From Armatimonadota bacterium (GTDB lineage: Bacteria > Sysuimicrobiota > Sysuimicrobiia > Sysuimicrobiales > Kaftiobacteriaceae), in contig JBBIUY010000025.1 of the NCBI GenBank assembly GCA_037440005.1, positions 1-43,893 on the forward strand: DNA of 43,893 bases. Reading direction: 5' to 3'. A program made the translations under genes and the position numbers. Under the pieces are notes generated by a model that ran no database searches, had not been told where the DNA came from, and was given only the letters and a program-made list of their open reading frames with translations. Position 1 is the stretch's first letter, and each line of letters opens with the position of its first letter. Below, piece by piece: positions 27,899 to 37,700 of the stretch.

Positions 27899-29665
27899 AT
27901 GGAAAAGGACGTCAGCGCGCCCGCAGCGGGCGGCAGCTTCCTCATCGCCGACACGCCCCCCGAGGGGGTGTTCACCCCCGAAGACTTCACCGAGGAGCAG
28001 CGGCTGATCGCCCAGACGGCCCGGGAGTTCACCGAGCGGGAGATCGCCCCGCGCCTGGACCGCCTGGAGAACAAAGACTGGGCGCTGACCCGCCAGCTCA
28101 TCCGCCAGCTGGGCGAGCTGGGTTTTCTGGGCATCGCGGTGCCGGCCGCCTACGGGGGGTCCGAACTGGACATGATCTCCTCCCTGGTGGCCGCCGAAGG
28201 CCTGGCCGCCGGCTCCTTCGGGGTGTCCTACGGCGCCCACGTGGGCATCGGCATGGAACCCATCGTCTTCTTCGGCACCGAGGAGCAGCGGCGCCGCTAC
28301 CTCCCCCCCATGGTGCGCGGGGAGCTGATCGGGGCCTACGCCCTCACCGAGCCCACCGCCGGCTCCGACGCCATGGCCATCCGCACCCGGGCCGTGCTGT
28401 CTCCCGACGGCCGCCACTACCTGCTGTCGGGCACCAAGCAGTTCATCACCAACGCGGCGTTTGCCGACGTGTTCATCGTGTTCGCCAAGGTGGACGGGGA
28501 CAAGCACACCGGCTTCATCGTGGAGCGGACCACCCCGGGCCTGGCGGTGGGCGACGAGGAGCACAAGATGGGCATCCGGGGCTCGTCCACGGCGTCCCTG
28601 TTCCTGGACAACGCCCGGGTGCCGGTGGACAACGTGCTGGGCGAGGTCGGCCAGGGCTTCAAGATCGCCATGAACATCCTCAACATGGGCCGCTTCCGCC
28701 TGGCCGCCGGATGCGTGGGGGCCGCCAAGCAGGTCCTGCGCCTGGCGGTGGGCTACGCCCGGGAGCGCCAGCAGTTCGGCCGCCCCCTGGTCGAGTTCGG
28801 CCTGATCCAGCACAAGCTGGCCGAGATGGCGGTGCGGCTGTACGCCGCCGAGAGCATGGCCTACCGCACCGGGGGCCTGGTGGAGGCCGCCCTGGCGGGC
28901 GTGCACGGGGACCCCGCCGCCGCCATGCGCGCCCTGGAGGAGTACGCGGTCGAGTGCGCCATCAACAAGGTCTTCGCCTCGGAGATGCTGGACTACGTCG
29001 CCGACGAGACGGTGCAGGTGTACGGCGGGTACGGCTTCATCGAGGACTACCCCGCGGCCCGCGCCTACCGGGACAGCCGCATCAACCGCCTGTTTGAGGG
29101 CACCAACGAGATCAACCGGCTGCTGATCACGGGCATGCTCCTGCGCCGCGCCCAGCGGGGCCGGCTGGACCTGATTCCCGCCGCCCTCCGGGTGGCCCAG
29201 GACCTCACCGCCCCGCCCGCCGAGGAGATCCCCTCCGGCCCCCTGGCTGAGGAGCGGCGGGCGGTGGCCGGCGCCAAGAAGGCCGTCCTGTTCGCGGCCG
29301 GCGCCGCGGTGCAGAAGCACCTGGAGGCCCTGGAGGAGCAGCAGGAGATCCTGGCGGGCATCGCCGACATGATCATCGAGACATTCGCCATGGAGAGCGC
29401 CCTGCTGCGCGCCCTGCGCGCGGTCCAGCGCGACGGGGCCCGGGCGGACCTGGCCCGGGACCTCGCCCGGGTGTGCGTCAACGACGGCCTGCTGCGGGTG
29501 GAGGCCACCGGGAAGACCGTGCTGGCGGCCGTCTCCGACGGCGACACGCTGCGGACCCAGCTGGCGGGGCTGCGCCGGCTGCTGCGCTACACCCCCGCGG
29601 ACACGGTGGCCCTGCGCCGGCAGATCGCCCGGCGGCTGGTGGCGGCGGGAGGGTACGGGCTGTGA
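27899..29665 (+). CDS. fadE: Acyl-CoA dehydrogenase (long FadE type)
   Basis: ALTEPTAGSDA, KQFITN, KMGIRGSST, QVYGGYG, FEGTNEI; 588 aa with C-terminal extension. Confidence 0.93.
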   Translation: MEKDVSAPAAGGSFLIADTPPEGVFTPEDFTEEQRLIAQTAREFTEREIAPRLDRLENKDWALTRQLIRQLGELGFLGIAVPAAYGGSELDMISSLVAAEGLAAGSFGVSYGAHVGIGMEPIVFFGTEEQRRRYLPPMVRGELIGAYALTEPTAGSDAMAIRTRAVLSPDGRHYLLSGTKQFITNAAFADVFIVFAKVDGDKHTGFIVERTTPGLAVGDEEHKMGIRGSSTASLFLDNARVPVDNVLGEVGQGFKIAMNILNMGRFRLAAGCVGAAKQVLRLAVGYARERQQFGRPLVEFGLIQHKLAEMAVRLYAAESMAYRTGGLVEAALAGVHGDPAAAMRALEEYAVECAINKVFASEMLDYVADETVQVYGGYGFIEDYPAARAYRDSRINRLFEGTNEINRLLITGMLLRRAQRGRLDLIPAALRVAQDLTAPPAEEIPSGPLAEERRAVAGAKKAVLFAAGAAVQKHLEALEEQQEILAGIADMIIETFAMESALLRALRAVQRDGARADLARDLARVCVNDGLLRVEATGKTVLAAVSDGDTLRTQLAGLRRLLRYTPADTVALRRQIARRLVAAGGYGL

Positions 29666-31344
29666 CGACCGACGTGGCCCTGGCCGAGCGGCCCTGGCTG
29701 CGGTTCTACGAACCGGGGGTGCCGCCCACCCTCACCTATCCGTCCATCCCGGTGTACGCCCTGCTGGACGAGGCCGCCGCCCGCTTCCCCGACCGCCCCG
29801 CCACGGTCTTCTTCGGCGCCACCCTGACCTTCCGGGAACTGCAGGACCTCTCCCTGAAGTTCGCCGCGGGCCTGGCGGGCCTGGGCGTGCGGGCCGGGGA
29901 CCGGGTCTCCCTGCACCTGCCCAACTGCCCCCAGTTCCTGGTCGCCTACTACGGGGCGCTGCGGACCGGAGCGGTGGTGGTTCCGTTCAACCCGCTGTAC
30001 GTGGAGCGGGAGATCGAGCACCAGCTGACCGACTGCGGGGCCGAGGTGGCGGTCACCCTGGACCTGATCTACCCGCGCCTGGCCGACGTGCGGTCCCGCA
30101 CCCGGGTCCGGGAGGTGGTGGTCACCCGGATCAACGACTACTTCCCGCCCCTGCTGCGCGCCCTCTATCCGCTGCGGGCCTGGCGGGAAGGCCACCGGGT
30201 GCGGGTGCCCTTCGGCCCCGGCACCCGCCGGTTCGCCGACCTGCTGGAGGCCCGGCGGCCCTCCCCGCCGGCGGCGGTGGAGCCAGAGCAGACCGCGGTC
30301 CTGCTGTACACCGGGGGGACCACCGGGGTCCCCAAGGGGGCGATGCTGTCCCACCGCAACCTGGTCTGCAACGTCCTGCAGGCCCGGGCGTGGTTCACCC
30401 GCCTGCGGCCCGGCCAGGACACCACCCTGGCCGTCATCCCTTTCTTCCACTCCTACGGGATGACGGCCGCCATGAACTTCTCGGTGAGCACGGGGACCCG
30501 GCTGGTGCTGCTGCCGCGGTTTCAGGTGGACATGGTCCTGCAGGCCATCGCCCGGTACCGGCCCCAGATCTTCCCGGGCGTACCCACCATCTACACGGCC
30601 CTGATCTCCCACCCCCAGGTCCGCCGCTACGACCTGCGGTCCATCACCGCCTGCATCTCCGGCGCCGCCGCCCTGCCGGTGGAGGTGCAGACCCGCTTCG
30701 AGGAGCTCACCGGGGGGCGGCTGGTGGAAGGCTACGGTCTCACCGAAGCCTCCCCGGTGACCCACGCCAACCCTCTGTTCGGCACCCGCAAGGCCGGCAG
30801 CATCGGCATTCCCTTCCCCGACACCGACGCCCGCATCGTGGACGACGACGGACGCCCGCTGCCGCCGGGGGAGGTGGGCGAGCTGGCGGTGCGCGGCCCC
30901 CAGGTGATGCAGGGGTACTGGAACCAGCCCCGGGAGGCCGCCCAGGTGCTGCGGGACGGCTGGCTGCTCACCGGGGACATGGCCCGCATGGACGACGACG
31001 GGTACTTCTACATCGTGGACCGCAAGAAGGAGATGATCATCACCGGGGGGCTGAACGTCTTCCCCCGGGAGGTGGAAGAGGTCCTCTACGCCCACCCGGC
31101 GGTCCTGGAGGCGGCCGTGGTGGGAACCCCCGACCCCTACAAGGGCGAGGTGGTCAAAGCCTTCGTGGTGCTGCGCCCCGGAGCCCGGGCCACCGCCGAG
31201 GAGATCATCGAGCACTGCCGCCGGCAGCTGGCGCCCTACAAGGTCCCCCGGGCGGTGGAGTTCCGCTCCCAGCTGCCCAAGTCCCTGATCGGCAAGATCC
31301 TGCGGCGGGTGCTGGCCGAGGAGGAGCGGGCGCGGCAGCGTTAA
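29662..31344 (+). CDS. Long-chain fatty-acid-CoA ligase
   Basis: YTGGTTGVPKG, EGYGLTE, TGD, PKSLIGKILRR; GTGA overlap with fadE stop. Confidence 0.92.
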   Translation: MTTDVALAERPWLRFYEPGVPPTLTYPSIPVYALLDEAAARFPDRPATVFFGATLTFRELQDLSLKFAAGLAGLGVRAGDRVSLHLPNCPQFLVAYYGALRTGAVVVPFNPLYVEREIEHQLTDCGAEVAVTLDLIYPRLADVRSRTRVREVVVTRINDYFPPLLRALYPLRAWREGHRVRVPFGPGTRRFADLLEARRPSPPAAVEPEQTAVLLYTGGTTGVPKGAMLSHRNLVCNVLQARAWFTRLRPGQDTTLAVIPFFHSYGMTAAMNFSVSTGTRLVLLPRFQVDMVLQAIARYRPQIFPGVPTIYTALISHPQVRRYDLRSITACISGAAALPVEVQTRFEELTGGRLVEGYGLTEASPVTHANPLFGTRKAGSIGIPFPDTDARIVDDDGRPLPPGEVGELAVRGPQVMQGYWNQPREAAQVLRDGWLLTGDMARMDDDGYFYIVDRKKEMIITGGLNVFPREVEEVLYAHPAVLEAAVVGTPDPYKGEVVKAFVVLRPGARATAEEIIEHCRRQLAPYKVPRAVEFRSQLPKSLIGKILRRVLAEEERARQR

Positions 31345-31347
31345 ATG

Positions 31348-31372
31348 GCGTTGAAGGTTGGAGGTTGGAGGG
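31348..31372. repeat. Short GTTGAAG/GTTGGAG heptamer tract
   Basis: GCGTTGAAGGTTGGAGGTTGGAGGG between convergent genes; same unit as at 13212-13246. Confidence 0.7.
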
Positions 31373-31396
31373 TCCCGCTCCGGCGTCCGCGCGGCG

Positions 31397-32284
31397 TCAG
31401 CGCATGCCCTGCAGCAGGGGGCGGATGTCGGCTCCCTGGAGTTCCTCGGGCCACACCGGCAGCCGGCCGTGGGCCTTCTTGGGGCGGGGGTGGCGGTACA
31501 CCACGCCCAGGGGCAGCCGGCCCCGCCGGTCAAAGTCGTTCAGCAGCTCCCAGGCGGCGTGGAAGTCCGACGGGTCGTGGCTGGCGGGAACCTCCTCCAC
31601 CCGCTCCCGGTACCAGTCGTAGGTGTTGAACTTGTTGTAGGTGACGCAGGGCGAGAAGTCGTTGACCACCGCGAACCCCGGGTGCTGCAGCGCCTGCACG
31701 TAGATCTCCGCCGCATGCCGGGGGTCCCCGGAGAACGACTGGGCCACGAAGGTGGCGCCGGCGGTCAGGGCCAGCCGCAGGGGGGCGAACGGCGGCGGGG
31801 ACTCTTCCGACCACTCCCGGATGTCCATGCCCCGGCCGTGGGTGGGGGAGTGCTGCCCCTTGGTCAGCCCGTACACCCCGTTGTCCATGATCACCAGGAC
31901 CACGGCGGGGTCCCGCCGGCAGATGTGCACGAAGTTCTCCACCCCGATGGCGAAGGTGTCCCCGTCGCCGGCCAGGGCGATGACCGTCAGGTCCGGGTTG
32001 GCCATCTTGGCGCCCAGGGCGTAGGCCAGGGCGCCGCCGTGGGTGCCGTGGAAGCCGTTGCCGTTGAGGTAGTTGCGGATCTGGCCCGAGCAGCCGATGC
32101 CCCCGATCATCAGGACCTGGTAGGGGGTGACCTCCAGCTTGGTCAGCGCCATCTTCAGCGCCGCCAGGACGCCGAAGTCCCCGCACCCCGGACACCACTG
32201 GATCCGGTGGCGGGGGACCGCGTTCTCCTCCCACACTTTGGCGGAGATCTTCGGGGACACCCGGGACGGCGTGGCGTCGGTCAT
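31397..32284 (-). CDS. 2-oxoacid:ferredoxin oxidoreductase beta subunit
   Basis: WCPGCGD, GIGCS, GDGD...DNGVYGLTKGQ (TPP binding), SPCVTYN. Confidence 0.93.
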   Translation of the reverse strand: MTDATPSRVSPKISAKVWEENAVPRHRIQWCPGCGDFGVLAALKMALTKLEVTPYQVLMIGGIGCSGQIRNYLNGNGFHGTHGGALAYALGAKMANPDLTVIALAGDGDTFAIGVENFVHICRRDPAVVLVIMDNGVYGLTKGQHSPTHGRGMDIREWSEESPPPFAPLRLALTAGATFVAQSFSGDPRHAAEIYVQALQHPGFAVVNDFSPCVTYNKFNTYDWYRERVEEVPASHDPSDFHAAWELLNDFDRRGRLPLGVVYRHPRPKKAHGRLPVWPEELQGADIRPLLQGMR

Positions 32285-32291
32285 GGCGGCG

Positions 32292-34172
32292 TCAGTCTCC
32301 CTCGGACACTTTCACGGGCGCCGGGGCTTCGGTGCCGATGCGCACGTGGGTCTCGTTGGCGTGCAGGATGAGCTCCACCCCGCCCACCACGTCGGCGGGG
32401 TAGACGGGCAGGCCGTTGTACTTGACGATGCGCCGGACCGGCAGCAGGCAGCAGGCTTGGATCACGTCGGCAAACTGGCCGCTGAAGTTCTGCTCCACGG
32501 CGATCAGGACCGACGCCCGCTCCAGGAGAGGCTTGGCCAGCGCGGTGGGGAACGGCCACAGGTAGGTGAAATGCACCACCGCCGCCTCCACGCCCCTCTG
32601 GCGCAGCCGCTGCCGGGCCTCCAGCAGCACCGGCAGGGTGCTGCCCCACCCCACCAGGGCCGGCCGGCCGTCCAGCTCTCCCACCACCCGGGGGGGCCGG
32701 GCGTCCTCCCGGAGGAAGGTCTCCATCTTCCGGGCGCGCTTGTCCATCATCGCCTTGCGCACCGCCGGGTCGGTGCTGACGAACCCGCGCTCGTCGTGCT
32801 CGGAGCCGCTGGCCTTGAGCACTCCGCCCACCGTGCCGGGCACCAGCCGCGGGGAGATGCCGGTGGGGGTGAGGGCGAACCGCCGGTACCCGCCGTCCCG
32901 GCGCAGGTCCGCCTCCCGGACCAGGGTGGACCGGTCGATGGTGACCGGGTGCTGGGTGAAGACCGCCTCGGGCACCGTCTTGCGGCCCTCGGACAGGTTG
33001 AGGTCGGTGAGGAAGAACACCGGGCACTGGTACTTGTCGGCCAGGTTGTGGGCCTCGATCATCAGGGTGTAGCACTCCTCCTGGGTGGCCGGGGCCAGGA
33101 CGATGCGCGGGATCTCCCCGTGGCCGCCGAAGATCACCAGGTAGAGGTCGCCCTGCTCGCTCTTGGTGGGCATCCCGGTGGACGGCCCCGCCCGCTGGGT
33201 GTCCACGATCACCACGGGCACCTCGGTCATCCCGGCCACCCCGAACTCCTCCACCTTCAGGGACAGGCCCGGCCCCGAGGTGCCCACCATGGAGCGCACG
33301 CCCGCCAGGGCGGCGCCGATGGCGGCCCGGATGGACTCCCGTTCGTTCTGCCCCTGCAGCGCCCGCCCGCCGAAGCGGGGCAGGTGCTCCTCCATGAACT
33401 CCAGGATGGCCGAGGCCGGGGTGATGGGGTACCCGGCGTAGAACCGGCACCCGGCGGCGATGGCGCCCAGGGAGAGGGCCTCGTTGCCCGAGATCAGGAC
33501 CCGGGGCTCCGGCGACGGGCGGGGCTGCAGGCGGTACCCGGATCCCGGCCAGCCCCGGGCGGCCAGGATCGCCTCGATCACCTCCCGCCCGCGGCGGGCC
33601 GCCCGGAGGTTGAGGTCCACCACCTGCGGCCCCTTGCGCGCAAAGCGTTCCTCCACCAGCTGCCGCAGCCACGTCCCCTCCGGGTCGAACTCCAGCAGGC
33701 GGAACAGCGCGCCCACCGCCACCATGTTCTTGACCACGTCCAGCTTCAGCTCGTCTCGGGCGATGGTGCGGGCGGGCAGGGGGAACACCTTGACGCCCCG
33801 CCGCTCGAAGGGCTCCGCCGGCACCTCGCCGGTGCTGCTGTCGTACACCAGCACGCCGCCGTCCACCAGGTGCCGGCCGTGGCGGAGGATGGTGTCCCGG
33901 TTGGGCTGCTCCCGGGCGTCGGGGTTGCTGTCGTAGTCCAGCGCCACCAGGATGTCCACCTGGGGGTCGCCCCAGGAGACCGGCGGCTCCTCGGACACCA
34001 CCAGGGGGTCGTACTGGTGCGCTCCGTAGATGGTGGACGCGTAGCCGCGCTCCATGGCCAGGACGTGCAGCCCGGCCCGGGTGAAGATGCGCCCCAGGAT
34101 GTCGGTGACGGTCACCACGCCGTCGCGCAACTGCACGCCGCCGACCAGGATCTTCAGCCTGTTGACGGTCAC
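32292..34172 (-). CDS. 2-oxoacid:ferredoxin oxidoreductase alpha subunit (gamma domain fused)
   Basis: SGNEA, AGYPITP, TSGPG, QRAGPSTGMPT, EQNFSGQF; GTG 34172 with AAGGAG RBS. Confidence 0.93.
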   Translation of the reverse strand: MTVNRLKILVGGVQLRDGVVTVTDILGRIFTRAGLHVLAMERGYASTIYGAHQYDPLVVSEEPPVSWGDPQVDILVALDYDSNPDAREQPNRDTILRHGRHLVDGGVLVYDSSTGEVPAEPFERRGVKVFPLPARTIARDELKLDVVKNMVAVGALFRLLEFDPEGTWLRQLVEERFARKGPQVVDLNLRAARRGREVIEAILAARGWPGSGYRLQPRPSPEPRVLISGNEALSLGAIAAGCRFYAGYPITPASAILEFMEEHLPRFGGRALQGQNERESIRAAIGAALAGVRSMVGTSGPGLSLKVEEFGVAGMTEVPVVIVDTQRAGPSTGMPTKSEQGDLYLVIFGGHGEIPRIVLAPATQEECYTLMIEAHNLADKYQCPVFFLTDLNLSEGRKTVPEAVFTQHPVTIDRSTLVREADLRRDGGYRRFALTPTGISPRLVPGTVGGVLKASGSEHDERGFVSTDPAVRKAMMDKRARKMETFLREDARPPRVVGELDGRPALVGWGSTLPVLLEARQRLRQRGVEAAVVHFTYLWPFPTALAKPLLERASVLIAVEQNFSGQFADVIQACCLLPVRRIVKYNGLPVYPADVVGGVELILHANETHVRIGTEAPAPVKVSEGD

Positions 34173-34301
34173 GCCGGCCGCTCCTTCCGTCCGCCCCCGC
34201 TCCCTGCCGGGGGCGCCTGTCCGGGGACGCGCAGGGACAGCACAGGCCTCCGGAAGCCCCCAGAGGCCTGCGCGCCGCTGCGGTATCGCATGGCATAGCG
34301 T

Positions 34302-34310
34302 ATCATACCA
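34302..34310 (-). promoter_or_regulatory. Extended -10 element TGgTATGAT for the oxidoreductase operon
   Basis: AT-rich patch in the divergent intergenic region. Confidence 0.5.
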
Positions 34311-34398
34311 CGCGCGCGCGTTCCAGACGACCTCCCGGCCCGCGCCGCCGGCGGCACCGACAGGACCCTGCGGCGCGGTGAGGAATTTCCGACAGCGC

Positions 34399-35379
34399 AT
34401 GGAGTTGCGCGAGCGCTACGAGGACGACCTGGCCCTGGTTCGGGGCGGGTGGGGCTGGGCGGGCCTGCTGGCGGGGCTGGCCGCGCTGGCCGCACTGCCG
34501 GCGGTGCTGCCCGGATACGCGGTCTTCACCGCCTCCCTGGTGGCGGTCCACGCCGTGGTCGCCCTGGGGCTGAACCTCCTGGTGGGCTACACGGGGCAGA
34601 TTTCCCTGGGCCAGGCCGGGTTTGTGGCCATCGGCGCCTACGCCACCGTCCTGCTGGTCATCCGGGCCCACCTGCCCTGGCCGGCCGCCCTGGTGGCCGG
34701 AGGCGTGGCCGCCGCCGCCTTCGGCGTCCTGGTGGGCATCCCGGCCCTGCGCCTGTCGGGGCCGTACCTGACCGTGGCCACCCTGGGCTTTGGGGTCGCG
34801 GTCCACCAGGTGCTGACCAACTGGGAGGCCCTCTCCGGCGGGAGGACCGGCCTGTTCGTCCCGCCCCTCGCCCTGGGCCCGCGGCGGCTGCAGGCCGCGG
34901 ATCTGTACTACCTGGCCGTGGCGGTGGCCGTCCTGCTCACCTGGGTGGCCCGGAACCTCACCCGCTCCCACGTGGGGCGGGCGTTCGTGGCCATCCGCGA
35001 CAGCGACATCGCCGCCGAGGCCATGGGGGTGGACCTGGCCCTGTACAGGACCCTGGCGTTCGCCCTGTGCGCCCTGTACGCCGGCATCGGGGGAGGGCTG
35101 CTGGCCCTGCTGCTGGGCTACCTGGAACCTCAGCTGTTCACCCTGTACGACTCCATCTACTACTTCAGCATGATCGTGGTGGGCGGGCTGGGGACGATCC
35201 CGGGCAGCCTGCTGGGCGCGGCGCTGCTGACGGTGCTGCCCCGGCAGCTGGCCGGCCTGCGGGCGTGGCTGCCGGTCCTCTACGGCGGGGTGATCGTCCT
35301 GGTCATGGCCGTCGAGCCCCTGGGCCTGTACGGCCGGTGGCTGCGGATCCGCCGGTGGTGGTCCACGTGGCCGCTGTGA
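34399..35379 (+). CDS. Liv-type ABC transporter permease (LivM-like)
   Basis: GLNLLVGYTGQISLGQAGF, LRLSGPYLTVATL, GRAFVAIRD, VGGLG. Confidence 0.92.
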   Translation: MELRERYEDDLALVRGGWGWAGLLAGLAALAALPAVLPGYAVFTASLVAVHAVVALGLNLLVGYTGQISLGQAGFVAIGAYATVLLVIRAHLPWPAALVAGGVAAAAFGVLVGIPALRLSGPYLTVATLGFGVAVHQVLTNWEALSGGRTGLFVPPLALGPRRLQAADLYYLAVAVAVLLTWVARNLTRSHVGRAFVAIRDSDIAAEAMGVDLALYRTLAFALCALYAGIGGGLLALLLGYLEPQLFTLYDSIYYFSMIVVGGLGTIPGSLLGAALLTVLPRQLAGLRAWLPVLYGGVIVLVMAVEPLGLYGRWLRIRRWWSTWPL

Positions 35380-35380
35380 G

Positions 35381-35520
35381 GCGTTGGAGCGTTAAAACGT
35401 TGGAGCGTTGGAGCGTTGGACCGTGAGGGCAGAGGTCAAGCGGCGCTCCCGCCCGCACACGCCTTCTCACGTTCCAACGTTCCAACGCTTCAACGTTTCA
35501 ACGTTGTAACGTTGTCACGT
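35381..35520. repeat. Inverted octamer-repeat hairpin (CGTTGGAG-type then TTCCAACG-type arrays)
   Basis: Five degenerate CGTTGGAG units (35382-35421), a spacer, then six degenerate complementary units (35472-35519). Confidence 0.8.
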
Positions 35521-35526
35521 CCGTCC

Positions 35527-36402
35527 ATGGACCTCTTCGCCCAGTACGTCGTCGTGGGACTGGCCAGCGGCAGCCTGTACGCCCTGGTGGCCCTGGGCAT
35601 CGTGCTGCTGTACCGCACCTCCCGGGTCCTGAACTTCGCCCACGGCGACCTGGCCACGTTCGCGACCTTCGTCGCCTTCACCCTGCTGTCCGCCGGCCGG
35701 CCGTTCGCCGTGGCCGCCCTGGCCGCGGTGGTCACCGCCGCCGCCCTGGGGGCGGGGCTGTATTACGGGATCCTGCGGCCGGCGCGGGAGTCCACCCTGC
35801 TCGGCCAGGTGGTCATCACCCTGGGGTGCGCCCTGGTCCTCAACGGGCTGGCCACGCGCCTGTGGGGCGCCGACACCAAGGTGTTCCCGTTCCCCCTGTC
35901 CGACACCCGGGTGTACCGCCTGGGCCAGGTGGTGGTCAGCCAGCTCAGCGCCGTCACCGCCGCCGCCAGCCTGCTGGTGATGGGGGCGCTGTACCTGCTG
36001 GTGCAGCGCACCCGCTGGGGCCTGGCGGTGCGGGCCGTCTCCCAAAACATGGCGGCCGCGCAGGTCCTGGGCATCCCCGCCCGCACGTTGCTGGCCGCCA
36101 CCTGGGCGCTGTCGGCGGCCCTGGGAGCGGCGGCGGGACTGCTGCTGGCCCCAGCGCTGCTGCTGGACCCGTTCTTGATGCTGGACCCCTTCCTCAAGGG
36201 GTTCGCGGCGGCGGTCCTGGGCGGGATGGACAGCCCTCCCGGCGCGGTGGCGGGCGGGCTGGTCCTGGGAGTGGTGGAGGCGCTGTTTGGCGGGTACGTG
36301 TCGGTGCGCTTCCGGACCACCCTGGCCTTTGGCATCATCGTGGCCGTCCTGGTCCTCCGCCCCCAGGGGCTACTGGGGCGGGAGTTCCGGCGCCGGGCCT
36401 GA
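35527..36402 (+). CDS. Liv-type ABC transporter permease (LivH-like)
   Basis: GSLYALVALG, LNFAHGD, GLAVRAVS, AAVLGG, RPQGLLG. Confidence 0.92.
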   Translation: MDLFAQYVVVGLASGSLYALVALGIVLLYRTSRVLNFAHGDLATFATFVAFTLLSAGRPFAVAALAAVVTAAALGAGLYYGILRPARESTLLGQVVITLGCALVLNGLATRLWGADTKVFPFPLSDTRVYRLGQVVVSQLSAVTAAASLLVMGALYLLVQRTRWGLAVRAVSQNMAAAQVLGIPARTLLAATWALSAALGAAAGLLLAPALLLDPFLMLDPFLKGFAAAVLGGMDSPPGAVAGGLVLGVVEALFGGYVSVRFRTTLAFGIIVAVLVLRPQGLLGREFRRRA

Positions 36403-36499
36403 CGGCTCCCCCCGCGGGAGGAGATCGGGCGGCAGGGGCCGGGCGGGGGCGGGCGGTAGTGTTTTCAGTCGGCAACCACCACGGGTCGAGGAGGGTGCC

Positions 36500-37681
36500 A
36501 TGAGGAGAGCGCTGAGGGGGCTGGGTGCGCTGCTGGTGGTCCTGGCGGTCGGGGCGGGACCGGCCGTCACCCAGGAGCGGGGCGTCACCCCCACCGAGGT
36601 CGTCGTCGGGACGTCGCAGCCGCTGTCGGGGCCGGCGGCGTTCTGGGGCGTGCCCGTCACCGGGGGGATGGAAGCGTACCTGCGTCTGGTCAACGACGCC
36701 GGAGGCATCCACGGACGCCGGATCCGGCTGGTCGCCCTGGACGACTCCTACCTGCCGCCCCGGGCCGTGGCCAACGTCCGGGAGCTGGTGGAGCGTCACG
36801 GCGTCTTCGCCATCGTGGGACTGCTGGGCTCGGCCAACGCCTTCGCCGTGCGGGACTACATCGTCCAGCAGGGCGTCATCTGGATCAACCCGCTGGCGGA
36901 CGCCACCATCTGGGCGGGATTCCGGGGCACCCGGTACCTCTTCGTGACCTACGTGAGCTACGTGGACGAGGGCCGGCTGCTGACCGAGTACGTGGCCAGG
37001 ACGATGGGCAAGAAGACCTTCGCGGTCTTCTACCAGAACGACCTGTTCGGCCAGAAGGGGCTGCTGGGCGTCAAGCGCGGCGCCGCCGCGACCGGGGCGC
37101 GGGTGGTGGCCGCCGTCCCCTACGAGCTCACCGACCGGGACTTCAGCGGCCACGCCCTGCGGCTGCGCCAGTCGGGAGCCGACGCGGTGGTGATCTACGC
37201 CAACCCCACCGCCGGAGCCCTGGTGGTCCGGGAGATGACCAAGATCGGCTACCAGCCCCAGCTGGTGGCCACCTCCGCCCTGGCCGACCCCGCCATGTTC
37301 GCCCTGGCCGGCGAGGCGTGGAACAACGTCATCCTGGCCGCCTACTTCCCGCTGCCGGGCACCGACCGCAAGGTGGACGAGGTGCTGGCCAACATCACCC
37401 GGATCAACCCCGCCCTGGCCCGCAACCCCTTCAACGCGGTGGGCGGCGTCTCGTTCATCGAGCCGTTCCTGGAAGGGCTGCGCCGGGCCGGACCGACCCT
37501 CACCCGGGAGAGCTTCGTGGCGGCCATGGAGACCATCCGGAACTGGGACGGAGAGGTGGTGCGGGGGGTGACCTTCGGGCCCGGCCGCCGGCACGGCGTG
37601 ACGCGCATCTACATCGTCCGCTCGGAGGCCGGCCAGTACCGACGCCTGACCCCCGACATCGAGTACCCGCCCGGCTTCTGA
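36500..37681 (+). CDS. Liv-type ABC substrate-binding protein
   Basis: GAGGAGG RBS, signal peptide, GVTPTEVVVG, PLSGPAA, NDAGGIHGRRI, YQNDLFG. Confidence 0.9.
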   Translation: MRRALRGLGALLVVLAVGAGPAVTQERGVTPTEVVVGTSQPLSGPAAFWGVPVTGGMEAYLRLVNDAGGIHGRRIRLVALDDSYLPPRAVANVRELVERHGVFAIVGLLGSANAFAVRDYIVQQGVIWINPLADATIWAGFRGTRYLFVTYVSYVDEGRLLTEYVARTMGKKTFAVFYQNDLFGQKGLLGVKRGAAATGARVVAAVPYELTDRDFSGHALRLRQSGADAVVIYANPTAGALVVREMTKIGYQPQLVATSALADPAMFALAGEAWNNVILAAYFPLPGTDRKVDEVLANITRINPALARNPFNAVGGVSFIEPFLEGLRRAGPTLTRESFVAAMETIRNWDGEVVRGVTFGPGRRHGVTRIYIVRSEAGQYRRLTPDIEYPPGF

Positions 37682-37700
37682 CGACCGCGCCGGCAGAGGG

